A DNA stretch of 64,000 nt from Candidatus Hydrogenedens sp. (GCA_049968235.1 JBMFRC010000004.1:128001-192000), one strand, 5' to 3'. Shown: positions 9,254-20,074, counted from the first letter of the stretch. Program-made: numbers and translations. Notes: generated by a model not told the origin, from the letters alone.

Positions 9254-10305
9254 TCGTTCTCTATTTTTTGAATTTTTATTTCAAGGTCTTTAACTCTTTT
9301 AAGTAGTTCTGGTAAATATTGTTGGGCAACTAATATCCGTTTGGCTCGGGAATGCTCTACAGCAGGAAATCCTGAAAGAATAGCGTCTTTTTCTACGGAT
9401 TTTACTACTCCCGACCATGCGCCGATAGTTGCATTATCTTCGATTGTTATATGTCCGTTAATACCGGCACCTGCACCAATACGAACGCCATTGCCTATAA
9501 CTGCGCTTCCGGCTATGCCCGTAGTTGCAGCAATAGCACAATTATCACCAATTTTAACATTATGTCCTATCTGAACTAAATTATCAATTTTAGTTCCGGA
9601 ACCTATTTTTGTTTCGCCAAAGGTTGCTCTATCAATACAGGAATTACTTCCAATTTCTACATTATCACCAATAATTACCCGTCCCATTTGAGGAACTTTA
9701 ATCCATGCATTACCATCGAACACAAAACCAAATCCGTCCGTGCCGATACAAACTCCAGCATGTATAATACATTGAGAACCTATGGTAGTATTTTCGCGAA
9801 TGGTTACATTAGGGAAAATACATGTGTTCTCGCCTATCTGGCAATTATCGCCGATATAGACATTGGGAAAGATTATGGTGTTTTTCCTAATTTGTGAGTT
9901 TTTTCCAATAAATACATGAGGGCCTATTGCAATTCCTTCTTCTAATTGCACATTTTCTTCAAGAATAGCAGTAGGATGAAGTCCTCTGGGAATAGAAGGT
10001 TGAGAAAATCCAATTTTTTGGAGTATTTGAATAAAAGCAATTTCCGGGTTTTTTACGGCAATGCACACGATTTTTTCAGGTAGGGGAACTGTGGGTTCTT
10101 CTGCGATAAGAACAGCGGAAGCACGTGTCTGGGAAAGGAAAGTTTCATATCTTTTATCACGAATAAATATTAAATCTCCTTCGCGTGCATTCTCTATACT
10201 ATTCAAACCTGTTATTAAAGTATCTTCCTCCCCCCTGATAATTTTGCCGTCTACCCATTGTGCTATTTGTATTGCTTTTATTTGCATTTGTTTTCGAGTA
10301 TTCAA
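9244..10305 (-). CDS. lpxD: UDP-3-O-(3-hydroxyacyl)glucosamine N-acyltransferase LpxD
   Basis: N-terminal LpxD domain followed by long left-handed beta-helix hexapeptide repeats (IG.N..IG...). Confidence 0.85.
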   Translation of the reverse strand: MNTRKQMQIKAIQIAQWVDGKIIRGEEDTLITGLNSIENAREGDLIFIRDKRYETFLSQTRASAVLIAEEPTVPLPEKIVCIAVKNPEIAFIQILQKIGFSQPSIPRGLHPTAILEENVQLEEGIAIGPHVFIGKNSQIRKNTIIFPNVYIGDNCQIGENTCIFPNVTIRENTTIGSQCIIHAGVCIGTDGFGFVFDGNAWIKVPQMGRVIIGDNVEIGSNSCIDRATFGETKIGSGTKIDNLVQIGHNVKIGDNCAIAATTGIAGSAVIGNGVRIGAGAGINGHITIEDNATIGAWSGVVKSVEKDAILSGFPAVEHSRAKRILVAQQYLPELLKRVKDLEIKIQKIENDCV

Positions 10306-10337
10306 ATATGATTATAGTATTGGCAATTCTACCGCAG

Positions 10338-10931
10338 TTATTTTTTGGGTTTGGATGTATCCGTTGCGGAAGAATTAGAATTTAAATATGTTAAAACTTT
10401 AGAAGTAATATCCATAGTTGGACTATGAAATAGCAAGCTACTTTTTAGAGATTTACCCGCATTAAAAACAAGGTGATAATTATCAGAAGTTGCTATTATA
10501 TTTACTGCATTCTGAATATCGTCCAGACATTCACGAATAATTCTTTCTTCTTTACTATCAATTGTCTTTTGTCGTTTCTCAAGTTCAGCCCGATATGATG
10601 CTGCTTCTTGTTCTATCTTCATTTTCAAATCAAGTTTTTCTTCATCGCTCAGGGTTGCTTTACCGGATTCAAGTTTTTTACGGTCTTCTTCAATGCGGTT
10701 CATTAAACTATCTAGGTCTTTTTGCTGAGTGTCTACTTCTTTCTGGAGTTCTTCGTATTTTTGTTTTCTTTTATTATATTCCCTCATAATAAGTTCAACA
10801 TCGACAACAGCGATTCTGTAAGATGTTCCTGTACCTGTAGTTTTAGCAGGTTCTTGTGCTGTTACATACCTTAAAGGAATTAAAATACAACTTAAAGCGA
10901 ATAACGAAATGAAAAAATATCTCCCTTTCAC
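10338..10931 (-). CDS. skp: OmpH/Skp periplasmic chaperone
   Basis: Signal peptide, ~170-aa coiled-coil protein positioned between bamA and lpxD (conserved synteny). Confidence 0.65.
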   Translation of the reverse strand: MKGRYFFISLFALSCILIPLRYVTAQEPAKTTGTGTSYRIAVVDVELIMREYNKRKQKYEELQKEVDTQQKDLDSLMNRIEEDRKKLESGKATLSDEEKLDLKMKIEQEAASYRAELEKRQKTIDSKEERIIRECLDDIQNAVNIIATSDNYHLVFNAGKSLKSSLLFHSPTMDITSKVLTYLNSNSSATDTSKPKK

Positions 10932-11055
10932 AACTTTTCCTTTCTTTTATAGGGTTAATTAACAATTCAGTATAATAAACGAAAGTATATCACATTTTTA
11001 TTTTAAATTTCATTATTTCATGATAGAGAAAATGATTTTAAACTATACTTATGAA

Positions 11056-13371
11056 TTAAAATTGTAAACCTGTGGTCAGATGTAACTTACCATTTCCCTG
11101 GTCTTCATCTGGGTTAAGCGGTATGCCGTAATCTATACGAATAGGTCCAAATTTTGGAATTTCGGCGCCCAATCCAAGTCCGGCACTATACTTTAGGTCG
11201 GATAAATCAAAGTCATTTTCATCCTTCCATACACCACCCATATCAACAAAGGAGTAAATACGGATCATATTTGTTAATTTATATTTTAATTCTAAATTAT
11301 TGACCAGACGGAGATTCCCTCCTTCAGCAATCCAGTCTCCAAACCAGCCATATTCACGAATCTTAGGACCGATATCACGGTAATCGTATCCACGGACTGT
11401 AGTAGTTCCACCTGCATAAAATCTGTAAATCAATGGGATATAATCGGAATCGCCATATTCAGTCATCCAGCCTTCACGGGTTCTTAACATTAAGACCCAT
11501 TTTTGATTTTTGTCTAATGCCTTAAACCATGATAGGTCTAATTGCAACTTAACAAAATTATTGTCGCCTCCGAGTCCTGCAAGCTCAGAACTCAAGATGG
11601 CATTGATACCCCGGGATGGGTCTCTGGGACGGTCCAAAGTATTTCTTTCAAGACTCAATATAGTGCTAACTGTGGTTGAATTTTCGGTTTGTCTACGAAT
11701 TTCTCTATTAATGAACCATGGCAAATCACTAACATCTACATCTTCTACACGGAATGATAAACGGGCGGTGTTATATAATGAAAGAGCTTTTCCAAATCGT
11801 ATTTGTCCACCTGCCTGATTTTCCCGATAATCCGCACCACCCCTTACCCAATAGGATTCGTTATAGAGGTCAACACCTAAAGATATAGGGTAACCTAAAA
11901 TTTCAGGGTCTGTAAAACTTACATTATAGCGGTCTCTTCTATCCCCAAGGTGAACGCGAGCTGAAAATTGCTGTCCACCACCAGAAAAATGGGGCCAGTT
12001 GGTAATGTCAAAGTTTCTCAAACGAAGTTGTGCAAATCCACCAACACCTTCATCTGTGCTATAGCCTGCCCCAAATAAAAATGAATTGGTTTTTCCTTCT
12101 TCAACATCGACAAGCAAATTGGAATATCTTGTGTCAATCTCATCATCTGTAAGTGTGATACGAACTTTATCAAAATAGTCTGTATTTTCAAGCCTTAACC
12201 GACTGGATTCTATAGAGGAGCCATCATACCTTTCACCGGGCTTTATTAACATTTGTCGGCGAATGACATCATCTTGAGTAACATCGTTACCGGTAATATC
12301 TATTTGTTTAATATATTTTAATTCGCCTTCTGATATATTATATACGATATTTGTTGTTTTATTTTGTTCATCTTTTGATACCTGTGGTGTAACTGTTGCA
12401 TCGACGTAGCCACTATCGCGATATTTGATTTCTAATTTTTGGGCATCTTTAGCAACCTGCCCTTTATTATGAATATCTTCAGGTTTTACTTTTATTTCTT
12501 TCTCGAATTCGTCATTGTCGTATACAGTATTATTTGCATACTGAATGGAATTAACTTTGTACTGTTCTCCTTCTTCTACAAATAATTTAATTTTTAATTT
12601 TTTACCTCCATCTGTGTAGAGGACATCTGTATGTGTTACCTTTGCATCTAAATATCCGTTATCTCCATATTTATTTATGACATTTTCCAAATCATTTTCG
12701 AATTTTGTTTCATCATATTTTCCACCTAAAAACCACCAAGCAGGTTTTGTCTTCATTGCCTTTTTAATTTGTCGGTCTGATAAAGCGATGTTTCCTTCGA
12801 TTTCAATTTCTTTAATACGTGCTTTTTTACCTTCATCAATGGAGTATATAATCCGAACAAGTCCGGGTTCTATTTTTTCCGTTATGACATCAACTTTCGT
12901 ATTTGCATAACCTTTGCCCTGATACATATTAATAATAGATTTTCTGTCTTCTTCACATAATTCTGGAATAAAGGAAGCACCTCTTTTCTGTTTTAAGGTA
13001 GGTTCTATGACACGTGGTTTTATCTTCTTGCAACCTATTATTTTTACATCTGCAATTCTTCGTTCTTCTTCAACAATGAATACAACCTTCACTCCATTTC
13101 CTTCTGGAGTAACTTCTGCATCGACTTTTACAAAATAACCCAGACCGTAAATTCTTTTTAAATCTCTTGCGATAGAACGAGGATTTAAGTTTTGTCCCGT
13201 TTTTGTTTCTACTTTACCCAAAACTACCTGTTCATTTATTTTTTCTAATCCTTTTACCTGAACAGCAGTTATTTCCTTTCCGGCGTATTCTTCTAATTGA
13301 GCCATGAGATTACTGCAAAACAGAAAAATAGCGAAAAAATAACCTACATACATGTATCTTGTGTTCAACAT
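11056..13371 (-). CDS. bamA: Outer membrane protein assembly factor BamA (POTRA repeats + Omp85 beta-barrel)
   Basis: 771 aa, signal peptide, repeated POTRA-like modules, C-terminal beta-barrel ending in aromatic residue (…TTGLQF). Confidence 0.85.
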   Translation of the reverse strand: MLNTRYMYVGYFFAIFLFCSNLMAQLEEYAGKEITAVQVKGLEKINEQVVLGKVETKTGQNLNPRSIARDLKRIYGLGYFVKVDAEVTPEGNGVKVVFIVEEERRIADVKIIGCKKIKPRVIEPTLKQKRGASFIPELCEEDRKSIINMYQGKGYANTKVDVITEKIEPGLVRIIYSIDEGKKARIKEIEIEGNIALSDRQIKKAMKTKPAWWFLGGKYDETKFENDLENVINKYGDNGYLDAKVTHTDVLYTDGGKKLKIKLFVEEGEQYKVNSIQYANNTVYDNDEFEKEIKVKPEDIHNKGQVAKDAQKLEIKYRDSGYVDATVTPQVSKDEQNKTTNIVYNISEGELKYIKQIDITGNDVTQDDVIRRQMLIKPGERYDGSSIESSRLRLENTDYFDKVRITLTDDEIDTRYSNLLVDVEEGKTNSFLFGAGYSTDEGVGGFAQLRLRNFDITNWPHFSGGGQQFSARVHLGDRRDRYNVSFTDPEILGYPISLGVDLYNESYWVRGGADYRENQAGGQIRFGKALSLYNTARLSFRVEDVDVSDLPWFINREIRRQTENSTTVSTILSLERNTLDRPRDPSRGINAILSSELAGLGGDNNFVKLQLDLSWFKALDKNQKWVLMLRTREGWMTEYGDSDYIPLIYRFYAGGTTTVRGYDYRDIGPKIREYGWFGDWIAEGGNLRLVNNLELKYKLTNMIRIYSFVDMGGVWKDENDFDLSDLKYSAGLGLGAEIPKFGPIRIDYGIPLNPDEDQGNGKLHLTTGLQF

Positions 13372-13430
13372 TTAACAAATCCCTTTATTGGTTTTTTAAG
13401 TTATTTCAAAACTTTGCCTACAGTAAAGCC

Positions 13431-15932
13431 CTAATTTGTTATTAATTTTACTGTATTATTATCGTTTTTTTGTAACTGATTTTCAAATTCATTTTCTATC
13501 TGAGTAAATTCCAATTTTTTGTTATCCTCGGAAAATGTAATTAGTATAGTATTTCCTTCTTTAATATCACCAATAAGTAATTTTTCTGCAAGGGGGTCTT
13601 CGATATTTTGTTGAATAGCCCGTCTTAAGGGTCGAGCTCCATATTCTTCACTACTACCAATTTGCACAAGGAATTTTTTTGCTTCAGGTGTAATTTCTAA
13701 TTTTACCTGTTTCTCCGTTAATTTTTTAGCAACTTCGGCAATCTGTATATCTATAATTTTTTCTAATTCTTCCTGAGTAAGCCGATGAAACACTAAAATC
13801 TCATCCAATCTATTTAGAAATTCGGGATTAAAAGTTTTTCGTACTTCTTCCATTACGCGGTCGCGCATTTTTTCGTATTCTTCTTCAATGGTATCTTTTT
13901 GAAATCCTAACGAAGTGGATTTTCCGATTTTACGGGCTCCAATGTTGGAAGTTAATACTATAACTGTGTTTTTGAAATCTATTTTTCTTCCACTCCCATC
14001 TGTCATTTGTCCTTCTTCAAGGATTTGAAGTAATGTGTTAAATATATCTGGATGTGCCTTTTCTATTTCGTCGAACAGAACAACTGAATAAGGTCTTCTT
14101 CGCACCTGCTCTGTAAGTTGTCCTCCTTCATCATAACCAATATATCCTGGAGGTGCACCCATTAAACGGGATACAGTAAATTTTTCCATATATTCGGACA
14201 TATCCAGTGTAATTAATGCTCGCTCATCTCCGAATAAAAATTCTGCCAATTTTTTTGCAAGTAATGTTTTACCTACACCGGTAGGACCTAAGAAAAGAAA
14301 AGACCCTACAGGGCGATTACTATGGCGTATGCCGGCTCTTGACCTTTGTATGGCTCGGGTAATAGCATCGATAGCCATATCCTGTCCGACGATAGATTTA
14401 TGTAATTCATCACGCATACGAAGTAATCGTTCGGATTCTGTTTCTCCAATTTTGGTCAGGGGAACACCTGTCCATTTGGATACGACATAAGCAATATCTT
14501 CCGAAGTTACAATTGCTTGAGAAGAATCCCTTTGTGATTCCCATTCTTTTTTCTTTTCCTGATACTGGGACTGAAGTCGGCGTTCTTTGTCTCTCAATGA
14601 CGCTGCTTTTTCAAATTCCTGATGCTTTATTGCTATTTCTTTTTCTTGTGTTACTTTTTCTATTTCTATTTCTAACTCTTTTAATTCTTTAGGACGTGTA
14701 GTAATCTGCAATCGCACTCGACTTCCGGCTTCATCCAACACATCTATTGCTTTATCCGGTAAATAACGGTCTGTAATATATTGGTCGGAAAGTTTCACGG
14801 CAGAGATAATGGCATCATCTGTATATTTAACTTTATGATGGGCTTCATATTTATCCCGGAGTCCTTCGAGAATTTTTATTGTTCCTTCTGGAGAAGGCGC
14901 TTCAACAAAAATAGTTTGAAAGCGTCTGGCTAATGCTGCATCTTTTTCAATATATTTTCGATATTCATCCGCAGTAGTTGCACCAATGCATTGAAGTTCT
15001 CCTCGTGCGAGTGCGGGTTTTAACATATTTGCTGCGTCCACAGCCCCTTCTGCGGCACCTGCACCGACAATGGTATGTATTTCATCAATAAAAAGAATGA
15101 TATTATCTTCACGTTGAATTTCTTTCATTACACTCTTTAGTCGCTCTTCAAACTGGCCTCGATATTTTGTCCCTGCAATAACAGACCCTAAATCCAATGT
15201 CAATACTCTTTTATTAAGAAGTAAATCGGGGACATTTCCATTAACAATAGATTGAGCAAGTCCTTCCACAATTGCAGTTTTACCTACGCCGGCTTCTCCA
15301 ATTAAAACAGGATTATTTTTTGTTCTTCTGCTCAATATTTGTATAACCCTCTCTATTTCAGTTTCTCTGCCAATTACAGGGTCTAATTTCCCTTCTCTTG
15401 CTAAGAAAGTTAGGTCTCTGCCGAATGTGTCAAGTGCCGGTGTTGTAGATTTTCTCCGTTCGTGCATTTCACCTTTAGAACTGGGTTTTCCATGTTCCCC
15501 AAGTAGTTTCATGATTTCTGTTTGTGCTCGATTTAAATCGACACCAAACTCGGCTAACAATTTAGCGGCGACACTTTCTCCTTCTTTGATTAGCCCTAAA
15601 AGTATATGTTCTGTCCCGATATAGCTATGATTAAAGCGATGTGCTTCTTCTGCTGCCATTTCCAATACTTTTTTGGCACGGGGAGTATATGTTATTTCTT
15701 CGGAGGTAAGTAAGGCAGGTCCCTGCGGACTCCGGTGTTCTATTTCTTGTATTAATTGTTCTAAATCTATCCCCATACTCAGTAATGCTTTTGCTGCAAT
15801 TCCTTCAACTTCGAGACAAAGAGCAAAGAGGATATGTTCGGTTCGTACATATTCACTGCCTCTTTTCACGGCTTCAGTTCGAGCAACTGATATTACATGT
15901 CGGGCTCTCTCTGTAAAGCGTTCCCACAACAT
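13431..15932 (-). CDS. clpC: ATP-dependent Clp protease ATP-binding subunit ClpC
   Basis: Clp_N repeats, two AAA+ modules (GEAGVGKT and GPTGVGKT Walker A), UVR-like linker, ClpB_D2-small domain. Confidence 0.85.
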   Translation of the reverse strand: MLWERFTERARHVISVARTEAVKRGSEYVRTEHILFALCLEVEGIAAKALLSMGIDLEQLIQEIEHRSPQGPALLTSEEITYTPRAKKVLEMAAEEAHRFNHSYIGTEHILLGLIKEGESVAAKLLAEFGVDLNRAQTEIMKLLGEHGKPSSKGEMHERRKSTTPALDTFGRDLTFLAREGKLDPVIGRETEIERVIQILSRRTKNNPVLIGEAGVGKTAIVEGLAQSIVNGNVPDLLLNKRVLTLDLGSVIAGTKYRGQFEERLKSVMKEIQREDNIILFIDEIHTIVGAGAAEGAVDAANMLKPALARGELQCIGATTADEYRKYIEKDAALARRFQTIFVEAPSPEGTIKILEGLRDKYEAHHKVKYTDDAIISAVKLSDQYITDRYLPDKAIDVLDEAGSRVRLQITTRPKELKELEIEIEKVTQEKEIAIKHQEFEKAASLRDKERRLQSQYQEKKKEWESQRDSSQAIVTSEDIAYVVSKWTGVPLTKIGETESERLLRMRDELHKSIVGQDMAIDAITRAIQRSRAGIRHSNRPVGSFLFLGPTGVGKTLLAKKLAEFLFGDERALITLDMSEYMEKFTVSRLMGAPPGYIGYDEGGQLTEQVRRRPYSVVLFDEIEKAHPDIFNTLLQILEEGQMTDGSGRKIDFKNTVIVLTSNIGARKIGKSTSLGFQKDTIEEEYEKMRDRVMEEVRKTFNPEFLNRLDEILVFHRLTQEELEKIIDIQIAEVAKKLTEKQVKLEITPEAKKFLVQIGSSEEYGARPLRRAIQQNIEDPLAEKLLIGDIKEGNTILITFSEDNKKLEFTQIENEFENQLQKNDNNTVKLITN

Positions 15933-15969
15933 TTATTTTCTCCCTAAAAATGTATTCTTTTATGAATAA

Positions 15970-17112
15970 TCAATTGTTGAATATTTCTTTAAATTTATTA
16001 GCACGCATCAAACTCATTTTTACCGTATTATTCCCATTAGAAGTTAGATTTACAAGAATGTGCCCTCCTTGAAGTTCAAATAACAGGTGCAAAGGTAATA
16101 AGGGAATTGATGCTGATGTTAAATTTAAGGAAAACCCTAATTGAAGAGCAGACCATAATTCTATAGCTTCCGCAAACTCTAAAAATCGTGACCCTTTTGC
16201 AACTCCTTCTGCTCTACCCACCATATCTTCTAATGTTAGTTTACTGGAAGTAAGTAGTTTTTGTCGTGCATCCATTTCCGCTTTTGTTATTTCACTGGCC
16301 ATGTGAGATAAGGAGAAAACAATTTCTGCCTCTGAAAAACCTAATGTATATCTATTCCCAATAACGAACAAGCTACCTACTGTTTCAATTAAGCCTACTG
16401 TTACAGGGGATGATAAGGAACTATGAAGCCCCTGTTCGATTATATGTTTGGGTATTGCCAGAGGTCGTGCATCGGCGGGGGGACCTGTTTTTACACCTTT
16501 GAGATAAAAACCTAAAGATTTTAATTTTTCTTCCCAGAGTAAGATACTTCCTGTTCTTGCTAAACCGGGAAGGTGAAGTATGGTAAATAATTTTAACCCT
16601 GTTCCAATAAAGTTTAAATCTGAAGTTAAAAAACCTAATCTTGGGTCGGTCATATAATCTACAGAAATACTCATACGGTCATCTATCTGGTTCAGGAGTT
16701 CCCATACTTTCTCTACTTGAAGTCCGGCGAATACTGTGCGGTAAGCAATATGTTCTCCTGCATTTACCATTACTGAGAATCGCTGGTCTTTACTAATAAA
16801 TGCACCTCTATGTCCAATTCCGGAAAGTAAGTCGTAAGCCACAAGAAACCGTTCTGACAGGAACAGATTTTCTCGTGGTGAAGTCCCGGCAAAACTAATG
16901 TAATCATCTATTGAAATTCCATCTAATCGGAGAGTATTTTCTTTTACTAAATCCTCGAGCCGTTGTTTCTCTTCTTCGCTCATTCTCATAGGGAAAAAGA
17001 AGCCGGCAACATTACGGCACAGCGTCCCTATAGTTAAAATCGACACGGGTGCACCGGAGATTTCTTCTTTCCACCAAACAGGTTTATTTTCGACCCATGT
17101 TTTCATCATCAT
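15970..17112 (-). CDS. mcsB: Protein arginine kinase McsB-like (ATP:guanido phosphotransferase family), divergent active-site signature
   Basis: Phosphagen-kinase C-terminal domain (DYMTDPRLGFLTSDLNFIGTGLK..HLPGL); sits between mcsA and clpC. Confidence 0.65.
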   Translation of the reverse strand: MMMKTWVENKPVWWKEEISGAPVSILTIGTLCRNVAGFFFPMRMSEEEKQRLEDLVKENTLRLDGISIDDYISFAGTSPRENLFLSERFLVAYDLLSGIGHRGAFISKDQRFSVMVNAGEHIAYRTVFAGLQVEKVWELLNQIDDRMSISVDYMTDPRLGFLTSDLNFIGTGLKLFTILHLPGLARTGSILLWEEKLKSLGFYLKGVKTGPPADARPLAIPKHIIEQGLHSSLSSPVTVGLIETVGSLFVIGNRYTLGFSEAEIVFSLSHMASEITKAEMDARQKLLTSSKLTLEDMVGRAEGVAKGSRFLEFAEAIELWSALQLGFSLNLTSASIPLLPLHLLFELQGGHILVNLTSNGNNTVKMSLMRANKFKEIFNN

Positions 17113-17115
17113 AAA

Positions 17116-17643
17116 TTAATTTTTACCTATTTTCCATGAAGATAGCATTTTTTCTAAATCTAAAATTTCATCACGTAATTTGGCTGCGGATTCATAGTCT
17201 TCTGATTTAATAGCCTGTCGTATCAATGCTTTTTTAGTATCCAGTAGAATTTGTGTCCGAACCCGTTCCTCATCATTGGCATAATTTAGTTTTTTGCCGA
17301 TATGGGAACTTCCTCCTTGAATAACCTCAAGAATAGATTCTATTTCAGGACCAAAAGTTTTGTAGCAAGTGAAACATCCTACTTTATTTTTTTCATGAAT
17401 ATAATTAATTTGCGTTCCACAAACAGAACATACAGTTTTTGTTTTTGATTTTTTTATAGTCACTTCTGTTTCCTCAAGTCGGTCTTTAACCTGTGGTTCC
17501 ACGAAATTAAAACTAAAGCCCTTCGGATTTTTCTGAATTTCGACAAGGCAATCGGGGCATAAATGTATTTCTGTTACATGCCCATCAATCACTTCCGCAT
17601 ATCGAACTGATGCAAGTTTTTTATGGCATTTTTGACAAAGCAT
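17116..17643 (-). CDS. mcsA: McsA-like zinc-finger/UVR-domain protein (McsB activator)
   Basis: Paired CxxC motifs (CQKCH...CPDC; CSVCG...CFTC) and C-terminal UVR motif (DYESAAKLRDEILDLEK). Confidence 0.7.
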   Translation of the reverse strand: MLCQKCHKKLASVRYAEVIDGHVTEIHLCPDCLVEIQKNPKGFSFNFVEPQVKDRLEETEVTIKKSKTKTVCSVCGTQINYIHEKNKVGCFTCYKTFGPEIESILEVIQGGSSHIGKKLNYANDEERVRTQILLDTKKALIRQAIKSEDYESAAKLRDEILDLEKMLSSWKIGKN

Positions 17644-17706
17644 TTTGTGTTCCTTTAACTTTTACCTATAATTATAACATTATAAGTATATTCCCTTCAC
17701 ATTTGT

Positions 17707-18141
17707 ATGTTTAGAATTGAGATTTACAATTTGAGGAAGAGAATTGAAATTATCTACAATAAATCTAATTCTAATTTTTATTCTGTAATTGAAAGTGTTT
17801 ACCCGGTGAACGAGAAGAGAAAACAATACAAATTTACAATAAGGAAAGTGGCTATACATAATCAAAAACTAATAAAGATTGTTTGTATAGCACTTGCTTT
17901 GTATCTGTTGATTGCAGTTCTTCATGGATTGCTACCTGGCATCTGGGATAAATCTTTTGGTGGTAAAGAGGGAAAAGGACCTTTCCGAATTTTAATGTTT
18001 ACCCCTCTTCTTGTTTTATTGTTATTTTTTACCCTGATGAAGTATCCGTCAGAAAAAAATATCTTCCCAAAACCTAAAAACAGTTATATAAAGGTTATAC
18101 TCCAGCCTAATTCTCATCGGGGACCTCCTTCTTTTATGTAA
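17707..18141 (+). CDS. Possible small membrane protein (two predicted TM helices) in the mcsA upstream region; may be non-coding
   Basis: 144-aa ORF with two hydrophobic stretches (IVCIALALYLLIAVLHGLLPGIW; ILMFTPLLVLLLFFTL) in an AT-rich 596-bp intergenic region; no clear RBS. Confidence 0.15.
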   Translation: MFRIEIYNLRKRIEIIYNKSNSNFYSVIESVYPVNEKRKQYKFTIRKVAIHNQKLIKIVCIALALYLLIAVLHGLLPGIWDKSFGGKEGKGPFRILMFTPLLVLLLFFTLMKYPSEKNIFPKPKNSYIKVILQPNSHRGPPSFM

Positions 18142-18238
18142 GAGATTTTGTATCACATCTATTTTCTTTTCTTTTATTATTTTTTATTATCATTGATTAT
18201 TTTTATAAGTTTAAAATTGTTTAATTATAAGGAGTAAT

Positions 18239-19189
18239 ATGATGCGGGAAAAAGGTTTTACACTAATAGAACTACTGGTAGTTATAGCCATAATTGGAAT
18301 TCTGGCGGCTATTTTGTTGCCTGCATTAGCCAGAGCAAGAGAAGCAGCACGCAGGTCAAGTTGTCAAAATAATCTGAAACAATGGGGACTTATTTTTAAG
18401 ATGTATTCTGGTGAAGCTAAAGGTGAACGGTTCCCCATGATAATTATTAATAGGGAACCTCTTTATGATTGTGAGACATTAACGCCCACAGGAAGTAGTA
18501 ATTATGTCTATGGATTAAATCCTCGTATCTCTACGATTTATCCTGAATATTTGACAGACCCATCTATCCTTGTTTGTCCATCTAACTCAACGGTTTCAGT
18601 ACAAAATCTGAAGAATTCAAAAGGTGAATGGACTATCAATTATGCCTGTGTCAATAGTACAGGGGGATTATTACATTCCGCAGGTATTCGATTAGGTTGT
18701 AGTAGTTATATATATACAGGTTGGGTTTTTGACCGTTGTGAATTGGAAGACCCATATACCTATTTGGCTCCATTCCATGCAGATAGAATAGGAAGTAAAC
18801 AGTTATGGAAAGCCCTTGCTTATACTGCCATGCAAGGTGCTATGGCACATAATTATGCAGTTGCAGATATGGATATATCTGGTCTTTCTCCGGATGGCAA
18901 TGCGGGTGGCGATGTTGTCTATAGACTACGTGAAGGTATTGAGCGATTTTTAATTACGGATATAAACAATCCAGCGGTTAAAGCTCAGGCACAAAGTAGT
19001 GTATGGATAATGTTTGACATCATTGCAATAGGTGATAAAGCAAGTTATTTTAATCATATTCCTGGTGGTTGTAATGTTTTATATTTAGATGGACATGTTG
19101 AATTTATTCGATATGAAGGGAAAGCACCTGTAAATCGATATGTTGCAGAATGTTTAAGTGCAATTCCTTATGCACTCTCATTCCATTAG
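18239..19189 (+). CDS. Prepilin-type N-terminal cleavage/methylation domain protein with DUF1559 (H-X9-DG) domain
   Basis: N-terminus [25 protein letters not shown] is a class III signal/pilin methylation motif; C-terminal H...DGHVEF motif; AAGGAG RBS 8 nt upstream. Confidence 0.8.
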   Translation: MMREKGFTLIELLVVIAIIGILAAILLPALARAREAARRSSCQNNLKQWGLIFKMYSGEAKGERFPMIIINREPLYDCETLTPTGSSNYVYGLNPRISTIYPEYLTDPSILVCPSNSTVSVQNLKNSKGEWTINYACVNSTGGLLHSAGIRLGCSSYIYTGWVFDRCELEDPYTYLAPFHADRIGSKQLWKALAYTAMQGAMAHNYAVADMDISGLSPDGNAGGDVVYRLREGIERFLITDINNPAVKAQAQSSVWIMFDIIAIGDKASYFNHIPGGCNVLYLDGHVEFIRYEGKAPVNRYVAECLSAIPYALSFH

Positions 19190-19205
19190 GATTACATAGA
19201 AATTT

Positions 19206-20051
19206 TTAATAAACGGTAATAATATCCTGTACAATAGGTTTGCCGTATTCGACTTCTCCTACTTTAATATGTAGGTTGGGCAAAATGTGAACATCGGCAA
19301 AGCCGTGTGTATGTCCGCATAGAACAAGGAATTGGTGATACATACTACTTATAGCCATTTCTTGAATTACTTCACCAATAGCACCACAGGTATAGTTGGG
19401 TAACCATTTGGCGTCTCCTCTCCTCCCCTGATGCCAGCAGGCTTCTGCAAAAGGGGGGACATGAGTTGCAATGATGATAAATTGAGCCCGATTCATTGCT
19501 TCAGGTAAAGCGCGAGCAATATAATTTGCTGAATCTTTACCTAAAGACTGAATTACCTGTTTAATTTGAGGTCTGTTTAGACCTATGAGTTCTTTAATAA
19601 ATATATAATCGCTCATCTTGGTATCCGAACGGTCAAAATCTCCTAAGCGTGCATCTCCCCATCCATCACAGCCAATAAGAATAGTATTAGGAGTGAGTGA
19701 AACCAATCCCACTTCGGGTAACCAGCGTACTCTCTGCGAATACCGGCTAATTTGTCGCGCCTTTTGTCGAACCTGTTCTATAGAACCGTGATAATAATCA
19801 TGATTTCCCAGAACAAAATATACAGGACAGGTAAAAACTCTATCCATATATAGTAACCATTTATCCACAGTTTCTGCAGTAGATATATCTCCGGTAATGA
19901 CTGCTACAGAGGGTTTTTGTTCTGCCATTTCTTTAATAAAAGAAGCCCCTTGCTCCGGAGAAAGGTGGTCTAAATGAATATCAGTTGCCCATAATAGTTT
20001 TATTGCTTGTTTTTTTTCATCATTTGTTTTATTACTTTTTATTGTTGACAT
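19206..20051 (-). CDS. Calcineurin-like metallophosphoesterase
   Basis: Metal-binding motifs ATDIHLDH, ITGDIS, GNHDYYHG, ATHVPP. Confidence 0.65.
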   Translation of the reverse strand: MSTIKSNKTNDEKKQAIKLLWATDIHLDHLSPEQGASFIKEMAEQKPSVAVITGDISTAETVDKWLLYMDRVFTCPVYFVLGNHDYYHGSIEQVRQKARQISRYSQRVRWLPEVGLVSLTPNTILIGCDGWGDARLGDFDRSDTKMSDYIFIKELIGLNRPQIKQVIQSLGKDSANYIARALPEAMNRAQFIIIATHVPPFAEACWHQGRRGDAKWLPNYTCGAIGEVIQEMAISSMYHQFLVLCGHTHGFADVHILPNLHIKVGEVEYGKPIVQDIITVY

Positions 20052-20074
20052 ACTGCAATAGTTTTTATATTCGT

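Noticed and set aside
17644-17760. Searched the mcsA upstream region for a CtsR operator (GGTCAAA direct repeat) and for a ctsR gene
   Set aside because: No GGTCAAA/TTTGACC repeats were seen and no small winged-helix ORF is present, so no CtsR site is reported.
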